In this document: positions 30,622 to 38,944 of the stretch, in pieces
How positions within the stretch are numbered: the stretch's first letter is position 1
Layout of the letters: every line of letters starts with the position of its first letter
Source of the DNA: Acidilobaceae archaeon
GTDB lineage: Archaea > Thermoproteota > Thermoprotei_A > Sulfolobales > Acidilobaceae
NCBI GenBank assembly: GCA_038897215.1
Contig: JAWAWX010000001.1
Span: forward strand, 928,001-992,000
Length of the DNA stretch: 64,000 nt
Direction: 5' to 3'
Notes under the pieces: model-generated
The model's database searches: none
What the model was told of the DNA's origin: nothing
The model's input: the letters and a program-made list of their open reading frames with translations, nothing else
Made by a program: the position numbers and the translations under genes

Positions 30622-31647
30622 CTACGCGATCACGTTGTCGAGAGGCTCTCTCCCAGACTCGAGCTCCGGAGCTGTGAGAGCTAGGAGGCGCTCGAACTCT
30701 CCCCGCTTCAGACTACACAAATGGTGGGCTACGGCTAGAGGGTGCGGGTAGCCGTCGTTCACAGAGAGCACGGCCAAGTCTCCAGCGATCTTCTCGGCTT
30801 CTTCGAGCGTAATCTGTCCGGGGACTGTTAGCTTGTAGGCTTTACCCCACGGGCTTAGAAGCGCGTAGAAGACCGTGTAGACGCTCGGCAACCCGCTAGC
30901 CGAGCTAGCGGCTTCGCTCTCGCTCACTGCCACGTACGGCCTAGCGGGCCACAGTATGCCTGGAGCTTTCGCGCTCTCTTCTCTGAGAACTCTCCACACT
31001 ATCAGGAAGTCGGGGACCTCCGCGTCTTCTCCCGCTATCTTCACTCTAACCCCGCAGTCTCTCACAAGCACTGGCTTGCTGACGTTCTTCGACACGAACA
31101 CTGCTCTAGTAGACTCTACGATCCTGCCGAGTTGCTCGAGTCTCTCTCTCCACCCTCTACTCAGGCTCTCTCCGAGAGGCTGCCTGGGAGAGACGAGTAT
31201 GGCTTCGACGAAGCTCTCATACGAGCCGTCGAAGAGAGCGTAGCCGGGCTTGAAGCCCCTCCTCATAGCTCTCTCCACAGTCCTGACCTCCATGTTCTTA
31301 GCCGAGTTGTCTAGAACCGCCTCCACGAGCCTCCTAAGCCTCCTCTCGCTCCTGCCAACAAGCTCGATAGCGCCAGCATCGGCATCAGTCTCGCTCCACA
31401 AGACGCCCCTGCTAGCGTGATAGACTACCGCAACCCCCTGAACAGCGTAGACAACCACACCCCTGAAGTTCTTATGGCGCCTACTACTATCACTCGCCAC
31501 GACGAGAAGGTCGCCGCCCCCACCCCCACTCAAAGGAACCCACTCCAGGCCCTCAACCCTCATCTCGCTAATCCTAGCCACAATCTCCTCAACACGACCC
31601 CTAACAAGCCGCATCCTATCGACAAGCTCCTCGAACACAGGCACCAA
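30622..31647 (-). CDS. NurA-domain nuclease
   Basis: VASDSS, LFDGS, VSK and GYPHPLAVAH motifs. Confidence 0.78.
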   Translation of the reverse strand: MVPVFEELVDRMRLVRGRVEEIVARISEMRVEGLEWVPLSGGGGGDLLVVASDSSRRHKNFRGVVVYAVQGVAVVYHASRGVLWSETDADAGAIELVGRSERRLRRLVEAVLDNSAKNMEVRTVERAMRRGFKPGYALFDGSYESFVEAILVSPRQPLGESLSRGWRERLEQLGRIVESTRAVFVSKNVSKPVLVRDCGVRVKIAGEDAEVPDFLIVWRVLREESAKAPGILWPARPYVAVSESEAASSASGLPSVYTVFYALLSPWGKAYKLTVPGQITLEEAEKIAGDLAVLSVNDGYPHPLAVAHHLCSLKRGEFERLLALTAPELESGREPLDNVIA

Positions 31648-31696
31648 GCAAGACCCGCAACAAACAGCACGAAGCCCAAGCTAATAAAGCAAGCAC

Positions 31697-31961
31697 TCCC
31701 AAACCAGACAAGGGAGCCTTTTGAAGCGTTTAAAAAACACCCTCAGCGATGATGCTGAGCAGAGCCAGCAAGGCGCTGTCATCGCTGATGGAGCGATGGC
31801 TGCGATGAAGCAGAATCCCACGAGAGACTAGGGCGAGCCATCCCCCAGCACCAAAACATAACCAGAGTCCAAGAACGAAAGCAGGCCCCCGCCACGACAG
31901 CCAAAAGCTTAAAACACCGACACGACTAAAAATCAAGTGAGCGAAGAAACAGCCCGACACG
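31697..31961 (+). promoter_or_regulatory. CRISPR leader, copy 2
   Basis: Near-identical to 21075-21340. Confidence 0.8.
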
Positions 31962-32577
31962 GAATCCGACACATGGAGTTGAAAGAGACCTGTCAGCGAC
32001 TCAGTGGCGTCAAAGAACAGGGAGAATCCGGCACATGAAGATGAAAGGGATATCTACTAATCACTGCCGGTCTTTAACCTCTGGCCGCACACCATGTATA
32101 GTGGAGGTGTTACTGTGTTTGGCTGAGAAGTGTCCTCCCGAGAAGACCATCCTCGACCAAATGTACGGCATCAGGGTGTGCGCCGAGACCGGGGAGGTCG
32201 TCGAGGAGTCGGTGGTGTCGGATGACGCGGAGTGGAGAGCGTACACGGCTGAGGAGAAGGCCAGAAGGGCTAGGACCGGCGGTGTTGTCTCTATCACCGA
32301 GCCGAATATGGGCATAGGGGCTGTCATCGGGCCGGTGAGGCCGCCCGGGGGCAGGAGAGTTAGGGGGATCTCGAGGTCTCCGGACGCGGCTAGAGTGCGG
32401 AGAGCTTTCAAGAGAATCCGATACGTGGGATAGAAAGCTTGAGGTGCAGGTGCCTCACTGCCTCAGTGGTCTGTGAGAGGAATCCGACACATTGAGTTGA
32501 AAGGCTTATCGGATAATGGGAGATCTCTCGATTCTCGGCGGCCTTAGTGACAGGAATCCTGTGCATGGGATTGGAAG
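31962..32577 (+). CRISPR. Orphan degenerate CRISPR array: 5 repeats, spacers of 38, 366, 42 and 50 bp
   Basis: Repeats at 31962-31985, 32024-32047, 32414-32437, 32480-32503 and 32554-32577, with 0, 3, 5, 1 and 7 mismatches to GAATCCGACACATGGAGTTGAAAG. Confidence 0.88.
32119..32433 (+). CDS. Truncated transcription factor B (Zn-ribbon, B-reader and B-linker only; 104 aa) encoded inside the CRISPR array
   Basis: CPPEK...CAETGEVVEE...EWRAYTAEEKARRARTG; RBS GGAGGTG 32103-32109; TTG start; TAG stop inside repeat 3. Confidence 0.8.
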   Translation: MAEKCPPEKTILDQMYGIRVCAETGEVVEESVVSDDAEWRAYTAEEKARRARTGGVVSITEPNMGIGAVIGPVRPPGGRRVRGISRSPDAARVRRAFKRIRYVG

Positions 32578-32696
32578 AGAAGTGGGGAGTACTGAGGGCT
32601 CCGGTTTTCCAAGCGGGTTTGGTGCGTTGAGTTGAGGGGTTTGGGCGGAAGGTGTATTAGCGTTTTCTGCTTTCTGGGTGTCTTCTTGCGGGGGGC

Positions 32697-33062
32697 TTGG
32701 GGGTGATGTGTGTGGAGGGTTCTGGTGTGGGTTCTGAGGTTTCTATTGAGGAGTTTCGGAGGCTTGACTTGAGGGTTGGGAGGGTTGTTGTTGCTGAGAG
32801 TGTTCCTGGTAGTAGTAAGTTGTTGAGGCTTGTGGTCGATATTGGGGGTGAGCAGAGGCAGGTTTTGGCTGGGATCGCTAGATGGTATAAGCCGGAGGAG
32901 CTTGTGGGGAAGCTTGTCGTTGTTGTCGTTAACTTGAAGCCGAAGGTTATGGCTGGCTTGGTGAGTCAAGGCATGATTCTAGCCGCTGGCTGCGGGCCCG
33001 GGGATAGGCCTGTCTTGGTTACCGTAGAAGAGCCTGTGCCTCCCGGCTCGAGGGTTTGCTGA
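32697..33062 (+). CDS. Stand-alone OB-fold tRNA-binding protein (Trbp111 / MetRS C-terminal domain)
   Basis: DLRVGRV, KLLRL.VDIG, NLKPK, SQGMILA. Confidence 0.92.
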   Translation: MGVMCVEGSGVGSEVSIEEFRRLDLRVGRVVVAESVPGSSKLLRLVVDIGGEQRQVLAGIARWYKPEELVGKLVVVVVNLKPKVMAGLVSQGMILAAGCGPGDRPVLVTVEEPVPPGSRVC

Positions 33063-33669
33063 GCTCATAGTATACTCTTCTCTCCGCTATGTTGACTACC
33101 GCTACTCCGTCTAGGCGCGCTAGCCTAGCCGCCTCCTCTAGGGGTGCTGGTGTAGTCTTGTCTCTGAGCGAGTGGTACAGTCTGATCTTCTCCTGGAGCT
33201 CTCTCAACTCCTGCTCTGAGCGCTCTTGGGGTTGCTTGAGGAGCGAGGACGGCACTGGGATTCTCACGTGGGAGGGCGTTGCTAGGACTACTAGAGCGTC
33301 TAGGCTAGATAGCTTGAACGCCTTCCAGACCACTCTAGACTCGAGGTACTCCTCGAGCCTCGAGATCCACCTAGATGGAACGTAGCCGGACTCTATCTCG
33401 ACCACGACTCGAGTATCTCCTAGCGTAGCGTAGATATCAACGAAGCCCCCGTTGAGAGCAACCTCAGGCTCTACTCTGAAGCCTCGCGAGCAGAGGTCAG
33501 CTGCTACAATCATCTGCGTTATAGCGTGAAGAGAGCTGAGAGCTCCTAGAGCACGCATCTTCAACACTCTCTTCAAAGCGCTAGCGCACGAGGAGCTCTC
33601 AGCAGACCCAGCGACATCCCCGTAGACCTGTAGAGTTGCCAGGAAGCCTCTCGACACCCCTCTATCCAA
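33019..33669 (-). CDS. Hypothetical protein with PD-(D/E)XK-like motifs
   Basis: H...GFRVEPE...VDIYA...VEIESGY. Confidence 0.6.
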   Translation of the reverse strand: MDRGVSRGFLATLQVYGDVAGSAESSSCASALKRVLKMRALGALSSLHAITQMIVAADLCSRGFRVEPEVALNGGFVDIYATLGDTRVVVEIESGYVPSRWISRLEEYLESRVVWKAFKLSSLDALVVLATPSHVRIPVPSSLLKQPQERSEQELRELQEKIRLYHSLRDKTTPAPLEEAARLARLDGVAVVNIAERRVYYELSKPSSREAQALLR

Positions 33670-33833
33670 TAACTTCTGCCCAGCTCCATCTAGGAAGACT
33701 GCTCTCTAAAAGCTCCACTACTGGGAGGTAGCGATGCTAGCTCGAGAGTAGAGCCTTGGAGAGGATTACTCTTTAGCCTTTAGGAGTAGCAGGAGCTAGA
33801 GCTGGTAGCGTGGCGCGCTACCCTTCCCTAAGG

Positions 33834-34295
33834 CTAGGAGGCTGCTCTGGATGCTAGCACTACTTCTCCTCCAGCGCTCTCCACTTTCTTCACTGCGCTC
33901 TCGCTAGCCTCCGCTACTATGACTTTGACTGGGAGCTTTATCTCGCCTTCTCCGAGCAGCTTGTGTACCCCCATCTCGCTGAGGTTCACTACGTAGAGCC
34001 CGTTCTCTACTACCGCCTCGCCTCTAGCTATCATCGCTTCTACCATGTCTTGAACGTCTCCGACGTTGACTACTCTCTTCTCGAATCCAGCGAGCATCCT
34101 CCTCCTCACGAAGCCCCTCTTGCCGAACCAGTCTGGAGCATACTTTATCGTCCATGTCCACTCATGCTTGCCCAGCCCTGCTGCTCCAGTACCGCCTCTA
34201 GACCCGGATTTTCTATGCTGGCCTATGCTACCCCAGCCCATGGTTCTAGTCCTTCCGCGAAGCTTCCTAACCTTCTTCCTGCGCCTGACTACCAC
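33834..34295 (-). CDS. rpl15: 50S ribosomal protein L15
   Basis: RKLRG, FGKRGF, KLLGEG. Confidence 0.96.
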   Translation of the reverse strand: MVVRRRKKVRKLRGRTRTMGWGSIGQHRKSGSRGGTGAAGLGKHEWTWTIKYAPDWFGKRGFVRRRMLAGFEKRVVNVGDVQDMVEAMIARGEAVVENGLYVVNLSEMGVHKLLGEGEIKLPVKVIVAEASESAVKKVESAGGEVVLASRAAS

Positions 34296-34308
34296 TACGC
34301 CTCCCCCC

Positions 34309-34791
34309 CTAGATCATCCTCTTGAGTAGCTCGTTTATCGCTGCTCCTCTGTATCCTAGCTCTCCTCCCTGCTGATACATCTTCTTTATGCTTCTATCGA
34401 ACCCGCCTCTGGGTGGGTGTAGTCTGAAGAAGGGCTTCACTCCTAGAGCTTTGAGTTCGTGGTAGTGGATCTCGCCTGAGAGCATCTTGTCGGCTAGCTC
34501 CTCTATCCCGCCTCTCAGCCCGAGTTTAGATATTACGTAGTCTTCTGTGAGAGGCTTGTCGCCCACTACTCTGCCTCTTCTCCTCAAGAGCTCTACTAGC
34601 GTCTCTCTCGAGACCTCTCCCCAGGTTACCCAGGACTCTACGGTCTTGAGCATGCCCTCTAGCCCGGGTAGGCTACTGTGGTATAGCGATGCTGTGAATC
34701 TTCTCCGCAGTCTTAGCAGTGATAGAGTGTGCTCTACCTCGGGGCGCGTGTCTACCGTGCCTCTAAGCCTGATTATAGCGTAAAGCGGCAC
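34309..34791 (-). CDS. rpl30: 50S ribosomal protein L30
   Basis: IRLRG, TWGE, FRLHPPRGG, GELGYRG. Confidence 0.96.
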   Translation of the reverse strand: MPLYAIIRLRGTVDTRPEVEHTLSLLRLRRRFTASLYHSSLPGLEGMLKTVESWVTWGEVSRETLVELLRRRGRVVGDKPLTEDYVISKLGLRGGIEELADKMLSGEIHYHELKALGVKPFFRLHPPRGGFDRSIKKMYQQGGELGYRGAAINELLKRMI

Positions 34792-34798
34792 AGTGTAG

Positions 34799-35431
34799 TC
34801 ACCTCAGCCAGTCTAGAGGGGTCACGAAGTCGAAGGTTCTCTTCAAAGCCTCGTAGGTAGCTCTAGCGAAGTTGTAGGTCGTCCTGGTCTCGCCTCTGCT
34901 GAATGTCCAGACGTCGCTCAAGCCTGCTAGCTTCAACACAATCTTTGCTATGTCGCCGGCAACGAGCCCAGTCCCTAGTGGAGCGGGCTTGAGGACTACC
35001 TCGACGCTCCCGCTCTTGCCTCTAACAGTGAACGGGACTGTGTGCGGCCTCCCGCACGTGCACTCCCAGCTACCGCAGCCTCTCCTAACCGGGGTTATGT
35101 TGAGCTTAGCGTTCCTTATCGCTTTCTCTATGGCTATCCTGAACTGTCTAGCCTTCCCCTTGCCTACTCCCACGTACCCGTCTCTATTCCCCACGACTAC
35201 GACCACACGGTACCTAGATATCCTGCCGGAGTCCGTCATCTTCTGGACTAGAGCCGTGTCTATGATCTCGTGCTCTAGGTTGGGGAGCAGGTAGTCTACT
35301 ATCTCCGGCTCTAGGATAGGCAGGCTTGCTCTAAACAGCTGGTCTATGCTAGTTATCCTCCCCTCTTTAACGAGCCTGCCTACTCTGGTTCTAGGAACCC
35401 ACTCTCTCAGAGTCTCCGAAGCCATGCTCAC
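34799..35431 (-). CDS. rps5: 30S ribosomal protein S5
   Basis: [17 protein letters not shown]. Confidence 0.96.
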   Translation of the reverse strand: MSMASETLREWVPRTRVGRLVKEGRITSIDQLFRASLPILEPEIVDYLLPNLEHEIIDTALVQKMTDSGRISRYRVVVVVGNRDGYVGVGKGKARQFRIAIEKAIRNAKLNITPVRRGCGSWECTCGRPHTVPFTVRGKSGSVEVVLKPAPLGTGLVAGDIAKIVLKLAGLSDVWTFSRGETRTTYNFARATYEALKRTFDFVTPLDWLR

Positions 35432-36081
35432 TCCCCGGGCGCTCCTCTCGCTGATACGCTAGCTCCTCCAGCTATCTCTGCTACTCTCTGACTGTACTCT
35501 GCTCTTATTCTAGCCAGCACTTCGTTGAAGTGTCTAGGCAAATCCTCCGGCTTAAGGCCTCTCTCTAGGTACTTGGAGAACTGCCTCTTGTAGACCTCGG
35601 GGCTAGATGAAGCCAGCTCGCTAGCCCACATGGCTATATGCCTACACTCTATCCTCTCTCCTGGTGGAAGAATCTCGGGTGAGTGGGGGACCATCAAGCC
35701 AGCGTCTAGCGCGCCCTTGAGAGCAGCGAAGACTCTAGAGCCTGGAGAGGGTCTATGCAAGCCTATATCTAGAACAGCCTCTCTCACTCCCTTCGAGAGA
35801 GCTCTATAACCAGCTAGGAGTCCTGTGAGGTACGCTGCGCAAGTGTTGTTAGTGTCTCCCAGCCATCCGTAGAGCTTGACGAGCTCTCTGCTATGAGCTG
35901 CTGCTATCGTCCTATCTCCTGGGATCGTTGCTTCCACCACTTGGACTATTATGTACTTGTTAGTCTTCCTGACAACTAGCCTAGGCTTTCTGGAAGCGAT
36001 GAGCTTGACTCTCTTGTAGTAGTTAGTCTTACCCTCCCTCCTTCTCCTCAAGGGGACTCTATACGTGGGCCCTCGAGCCAT
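35428..36081 (-). CDS. rpl18: 50S ribosomal protein L18
   Basis: [15 protein letters not shown]. Confidence 0.96.
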   Translation of the reverse strand: MARGPTYRVPLRRRREGKTNYYKRVKLIASRKPRLVVRKTNKYIIVQVVEATIPGDRTIAAAHSRELVKLYGWLGDTNNTCAAYLTGLLAGYRALSKGVREAVLDIGLHRPSPGSRVFAALKGALDAGLMVPHSPEILPPGERIECRHIAMWASELASSSPEVYKRQFSKYLERGLKPEDLPRHFNEVLARIRAEYSQRVAEIAGGASVSARGAPGE

Positions 36082-36088
36082 AGGCGAT

Positions 36089-36547
36089 TCACCTTACAGC
36101 TACCCCTAGAGTCTTGAGGTGATTCTTCAGGTCGGAGAGGCTCCTGAAAGCGCCGCCTTTAGCCTTCATGTAGAGGCTTCTGTAGAGCTTCCTATCTATA
36201 ACCCCGTTGTCTCGAAGCCATCTGAGATACCTTCTGATCTTCCTGATCCTAGCGACCCACTGCTTCTCAGGGTCGCTTCGAGCCCCAGCCTCGCCCTTTC
36301 TCTTACCGTGACCTCTCCTCCTCCCCTTAGCTCTCTGCTTCCTCCTCTTCAGCCACCTGCTTCTCGAGTTCCCCTTCTCGGGCCTGACTTTGATCAGTCC
36401 TCTGGCTATGAGTCTAGCTACATCGTCTCGAGTCAAGGCTTGAGCTATCTCTTCTGCTTTCTCAGGGTCTGGGTCTATCCAGATCCTGCTCTCCCCGACT
36501 CCGAGAATCTCTGCTGCTAGCCTCCTCTGGAGACTGTAGTCTGTCAT
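36089..36547 (-). CDS. rpl19e: 50S ribosomal protein L19e
   Basis: QRRLAA, RIWIDP, YMKAKGG. Confidence 0.96.
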   Translation of the reverse strand: MTDYSLQRRLAAEILGVGESRIWIDPDPEKAEEIAQALTRDDVARLIARGLIKVRPEKGNSRSRWLKRRKQRAKGRRRGHGKRKGEAGARSDPEKQWVARIRKIRRYLRWLRDNGVIDRKLYRSLYMKAKGGAFRSLSDLKNHLKTLGVAVR

Positions 36548-36966
36548 CTGTTAGCCACCCTGAACCCTCTCTCCTCAGCTACCGCGACTAGCTCTGCTCT
36601 CTTCCTGAGACCGACTGCTGAAGCTATGTAGATGATGTGCCTGGATGGGTCGAGCTTCTCTAAGTCTTTAACGCTAGACACCACGACTGGCTCTAAGCCG
36701 CTGGGGTGCAGTCCTCTGATATCCTCGGGAGTCCCGTAGCCCGACTTCACTTTAGGAGGGTAGCCTTTGATCTCGAGCCTCACCTTGTTATCCTTACCCT
36801 TAGGCTTCCTCCAGGAATCGCGTCTCTCGAACTTCCAGTATCTGTAGTGGTGGTAGTGGACGAAGTCCGGCTTCTCCTTCTTCTTGATCTCCTCCTGTCT
36901 TCTACGCAACTCTCTGAGAGCTTCTAGCCTGCTCCTACCCTCTGGACTACCGCTCTCTCCCATCAA
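36544..36966 (-). CDS. rpl32e: 50S ribosomal protein L32e
   Basis: WRKPKG.DNK, RGLHPSG. Confidence 0.95.
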   Translation of the reverse strand: MMGESGSPEGRSRLEALRELRRRQEEIKKKEKPDFVHYHHYRYWKFERRDSWRKPKGKDNKVRLEIKGYPPKVKSGYGTPEDIRGLHPSGLEPVVVSSVKDLEKLDPSRHIIYIASAVGLRKRAELVAVAEERGFRVANR

Positions 36967-37529
36967 GCCGCCACCTCTCTAGCGTATATGTAGATTCCAT
37001 CCATGAACTTCCTCCTATCCTTGCCCCGAGGTCTGGCTACTCTCTCGATCATGCCTGCTGTCATCCCGACTTTCTCCAGGTCTATGCCCTCTAGGATGAT
37101 ATCCTGACCTGAAACCTTGACTGAAACCCCCGGCGGCACCTCTACCACTCTGGGGGTCTTCTCGCCCAGGAAGTTGCTTATGATTATCTTGCCGTCACGG
37201 TAGGTCACGCTGATAGGGAAGTGCACGTAGATGACTTTAAGCTTGTATCTGAAGCCTTTGGTGACTCCTATAATCATGTTCTTTATGTGAGCCGCGATAG
37301 TCCCCACGAGAGCAGTCTCTCTAGCGTTGGGGAAGTACTTGTATACGATGACCTCTCTCGTAGGCTCAGAGTATTCTATCACTACTCCCTTAGCGTAAGA
37401 GAAGTCTCTCTCGAGCACTCCCTTAGGGCCTCTGACTACGACTCTACTCCCCTCTACCTTCACCTCGACCTCTTCGGGCACAGCTATCCTCCGCTCTTCC
37501 ACCACTCTCCTAGCCATAGGCTCCCCCAT
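36963..37529 (-). CDS. rpl6: 50S ribosomal protein L6
   Basis: GPKG, HFPI, NFLGEK, DRRKFMDGIYI. Confidence 0.96.
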   Translation of the reverse strand: MGEPMARRVVEERRIAVPEEVEVKVEGSRVVVRGPKGVLERDFSYAKGVVIEYSEPTREVIVYKYFPNARETALVGTIAAHIKNMIIGVTKGFRYKLKVIYVHFPISVTYRDGKIIISNFLGEKTPRVVEVPPGVSVKVSGQDIILEGIDLEKVGMTAGMIERVARPRGKDRRKFMDGIYIYAREVAA

Positions 37530-37670
37530 TTAGCCCAAAGCACTCCTTGGGGGATCTCACGCTTATATAGGTTGCAGAGACTGCCCCCGGTAGGCGGAGC
37601 GTGTCTTCTGAGAGCTCTTTCTAAACTCAAGCTAAAAAGTCTCGAGAGTGAGTCTCGAGTGGTGCTCGCT

Positions 37671-38774
37671 TTGAGAGACCTCGATAAATTTGCTAGGCTC
37701 ATCGTCGAGTATTCGGCAGAAGTCTCTAAGGGAGACGAGGTCGTTATCCGCTTTGGAGTCGAGGCTCTCCCATTTGTGAGGACTTTAGTCAAGGCGATTG
37801 TAGAGAGGGGAGGCTATCCTAGACTAGAGCTGATAGACGAGGAGACCGCCGAGATATTCTTCAAGTACGCTACGAGAGAGGTTCTCGAGTACCTGTCGCC
37901 TATAGACAAGATGATAGCTGAGAAGATAAACGTCATGATTAGCGTGATCTCCTTCTCTCACACGAAGTACCTGGTCGGAGTAGACCCTGAGAGGATAAAG
38001 GTTAGGAGTGCTGCCACGAGAGAGCTCTCTGAGATATTCATGAGGAGAGATGGAGAGGGTAGCTTGAAGTGGACCGTGACGATATACCCTACCCGAGCTC
38101 TAGCTCAGGAGGCGGGCATGAGCATACTCGACTACGAGGAGTTCATCTACAGAGCTCTCAAGCTCTACGCGGAAGACCCTGTAGCCCACTGGAGAGAGAT
38201 AGCCGCCAAGCAGGAGAAGCTAGCTGAGAGGCTATCTAGGATCTCGGAGATCAGGGTAGTAGACTCAGACACAGACCTCACTCTCTCAGTAGCCGGGAGA
38301 AGGTGGGTCAACGATGACGGCAAGAAGAACATGCCGGGAGGAGAGGTCTTCACAGGACCCGTGGAGGAAAGCGTGGAGGGCTACATAGCTTTCACCTACC
38401 CCTCTATCTGGAGAGGGTACGAGGTAGAGGGCGTCAAGCTAGTATTCAGGAGAGGAGAGGTAGTGGAGGCTACTGCCGTCAAGGGGGAGGAGTTCTTGAA
38501 GAAGATGCTCGAGACCGATGAGGGGGCTAGGAGAGTGGGAGAGTTCGCTTTCGGTCTGAACTACGACATTAGGAGATTCACCAAGCAGATACTCCTAGAT
38601 GAGAAGATAGGAGGAACCATACACCTAGCTCTAGGCTCCGGGTACCATACAACAGGGTCTAAGAACAGGTCGGCGATACACTGGGACATGATAAAAGACA
38701 CGTCTAAAGCCAAGATATACGGAGACGGAGACCTCATATACGAGAACGGCAGGTTCCTGTGGGAAGTGCTGTAG
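37671..38774 (+). CDS. M29 family aminopeptidase (AmpS/AmpT)
   Basis: NMPGGEVFTGP, GEFAFG, DEKIGGTIHLALG, SAIHWD; the 37221 start overlaps rpl6 and is rejected. Confidence 0.92.
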   Translation: MRDLDKFARLIVEYSAEVSKGDEVVIRFGVEALPFVRTLVKAIVERGGYPRLELIDEETAEIFFKYATREVLEYLSPIDKMIAEKINVMISVISFSHTKYLVGVDPERIKVRSAATRELSEIFMRRDGEGSLKWTVTIYPTRALAQEAGMSILDYEEFIYRALKLYAEDPVAHWREIAAKQEKLAERLSRISEIRVVDSDTDLTLSVAGRRWVNDDGKKNMPGGEVFTGPVEESVEGYIAFTYPSIWRGYEVEGVKLVFRRGEVVEATAVKGEEFLKKMLETDEGARRVGEFAFGLNYDIRRFTKQILLDEKIGGTIHLALGSGYHTTGSKNRSAIHWDMIKDTSKAKIYGDGDLIYENGRFLWEVL

Positions 38775-38944
38775 CGCCATCTCTAAGCACTCACTGTACT
38801 CCAGCCCATCTAGCCGCTCGACTCAGCTCTAACCCTCGAGGGCTCTGCTTTATCTAATCGCTTAAGGCTTATAGAACTCCGCTCGAGTAGTCTCTCTCGG
38901 TGGAGAGTAGAACCCGGTCTGCTGAGAGGCTTCGATGAAGAGTC

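Noticed and set aside
21075-31985. The 10.6-kb segment between the leader copies as a mobile element
   Set aside because: It contains core genes (EF-2, rpl7ae, ppa) and no transposase or recombinase.
32035-32118. N-terminal extension of the TFB ORF from ATG 32035
   Set aside because: That ATG is inside repeat 2; TFB similarity and the RBS point to TTG 32119.
32544-32969. 141-aa N/Q/T/P/K-rich antisense ORF (also 31417-31752)
   Set aside because: Shadow ORFs produced by the local strand skew, opposite recognisable genes.
37221-37670. Long N-terminal extension of the aminopeptidase
   Set aside because: Overlaps rpl6 on the opposite strand; M29-like sequence begins near 37671.
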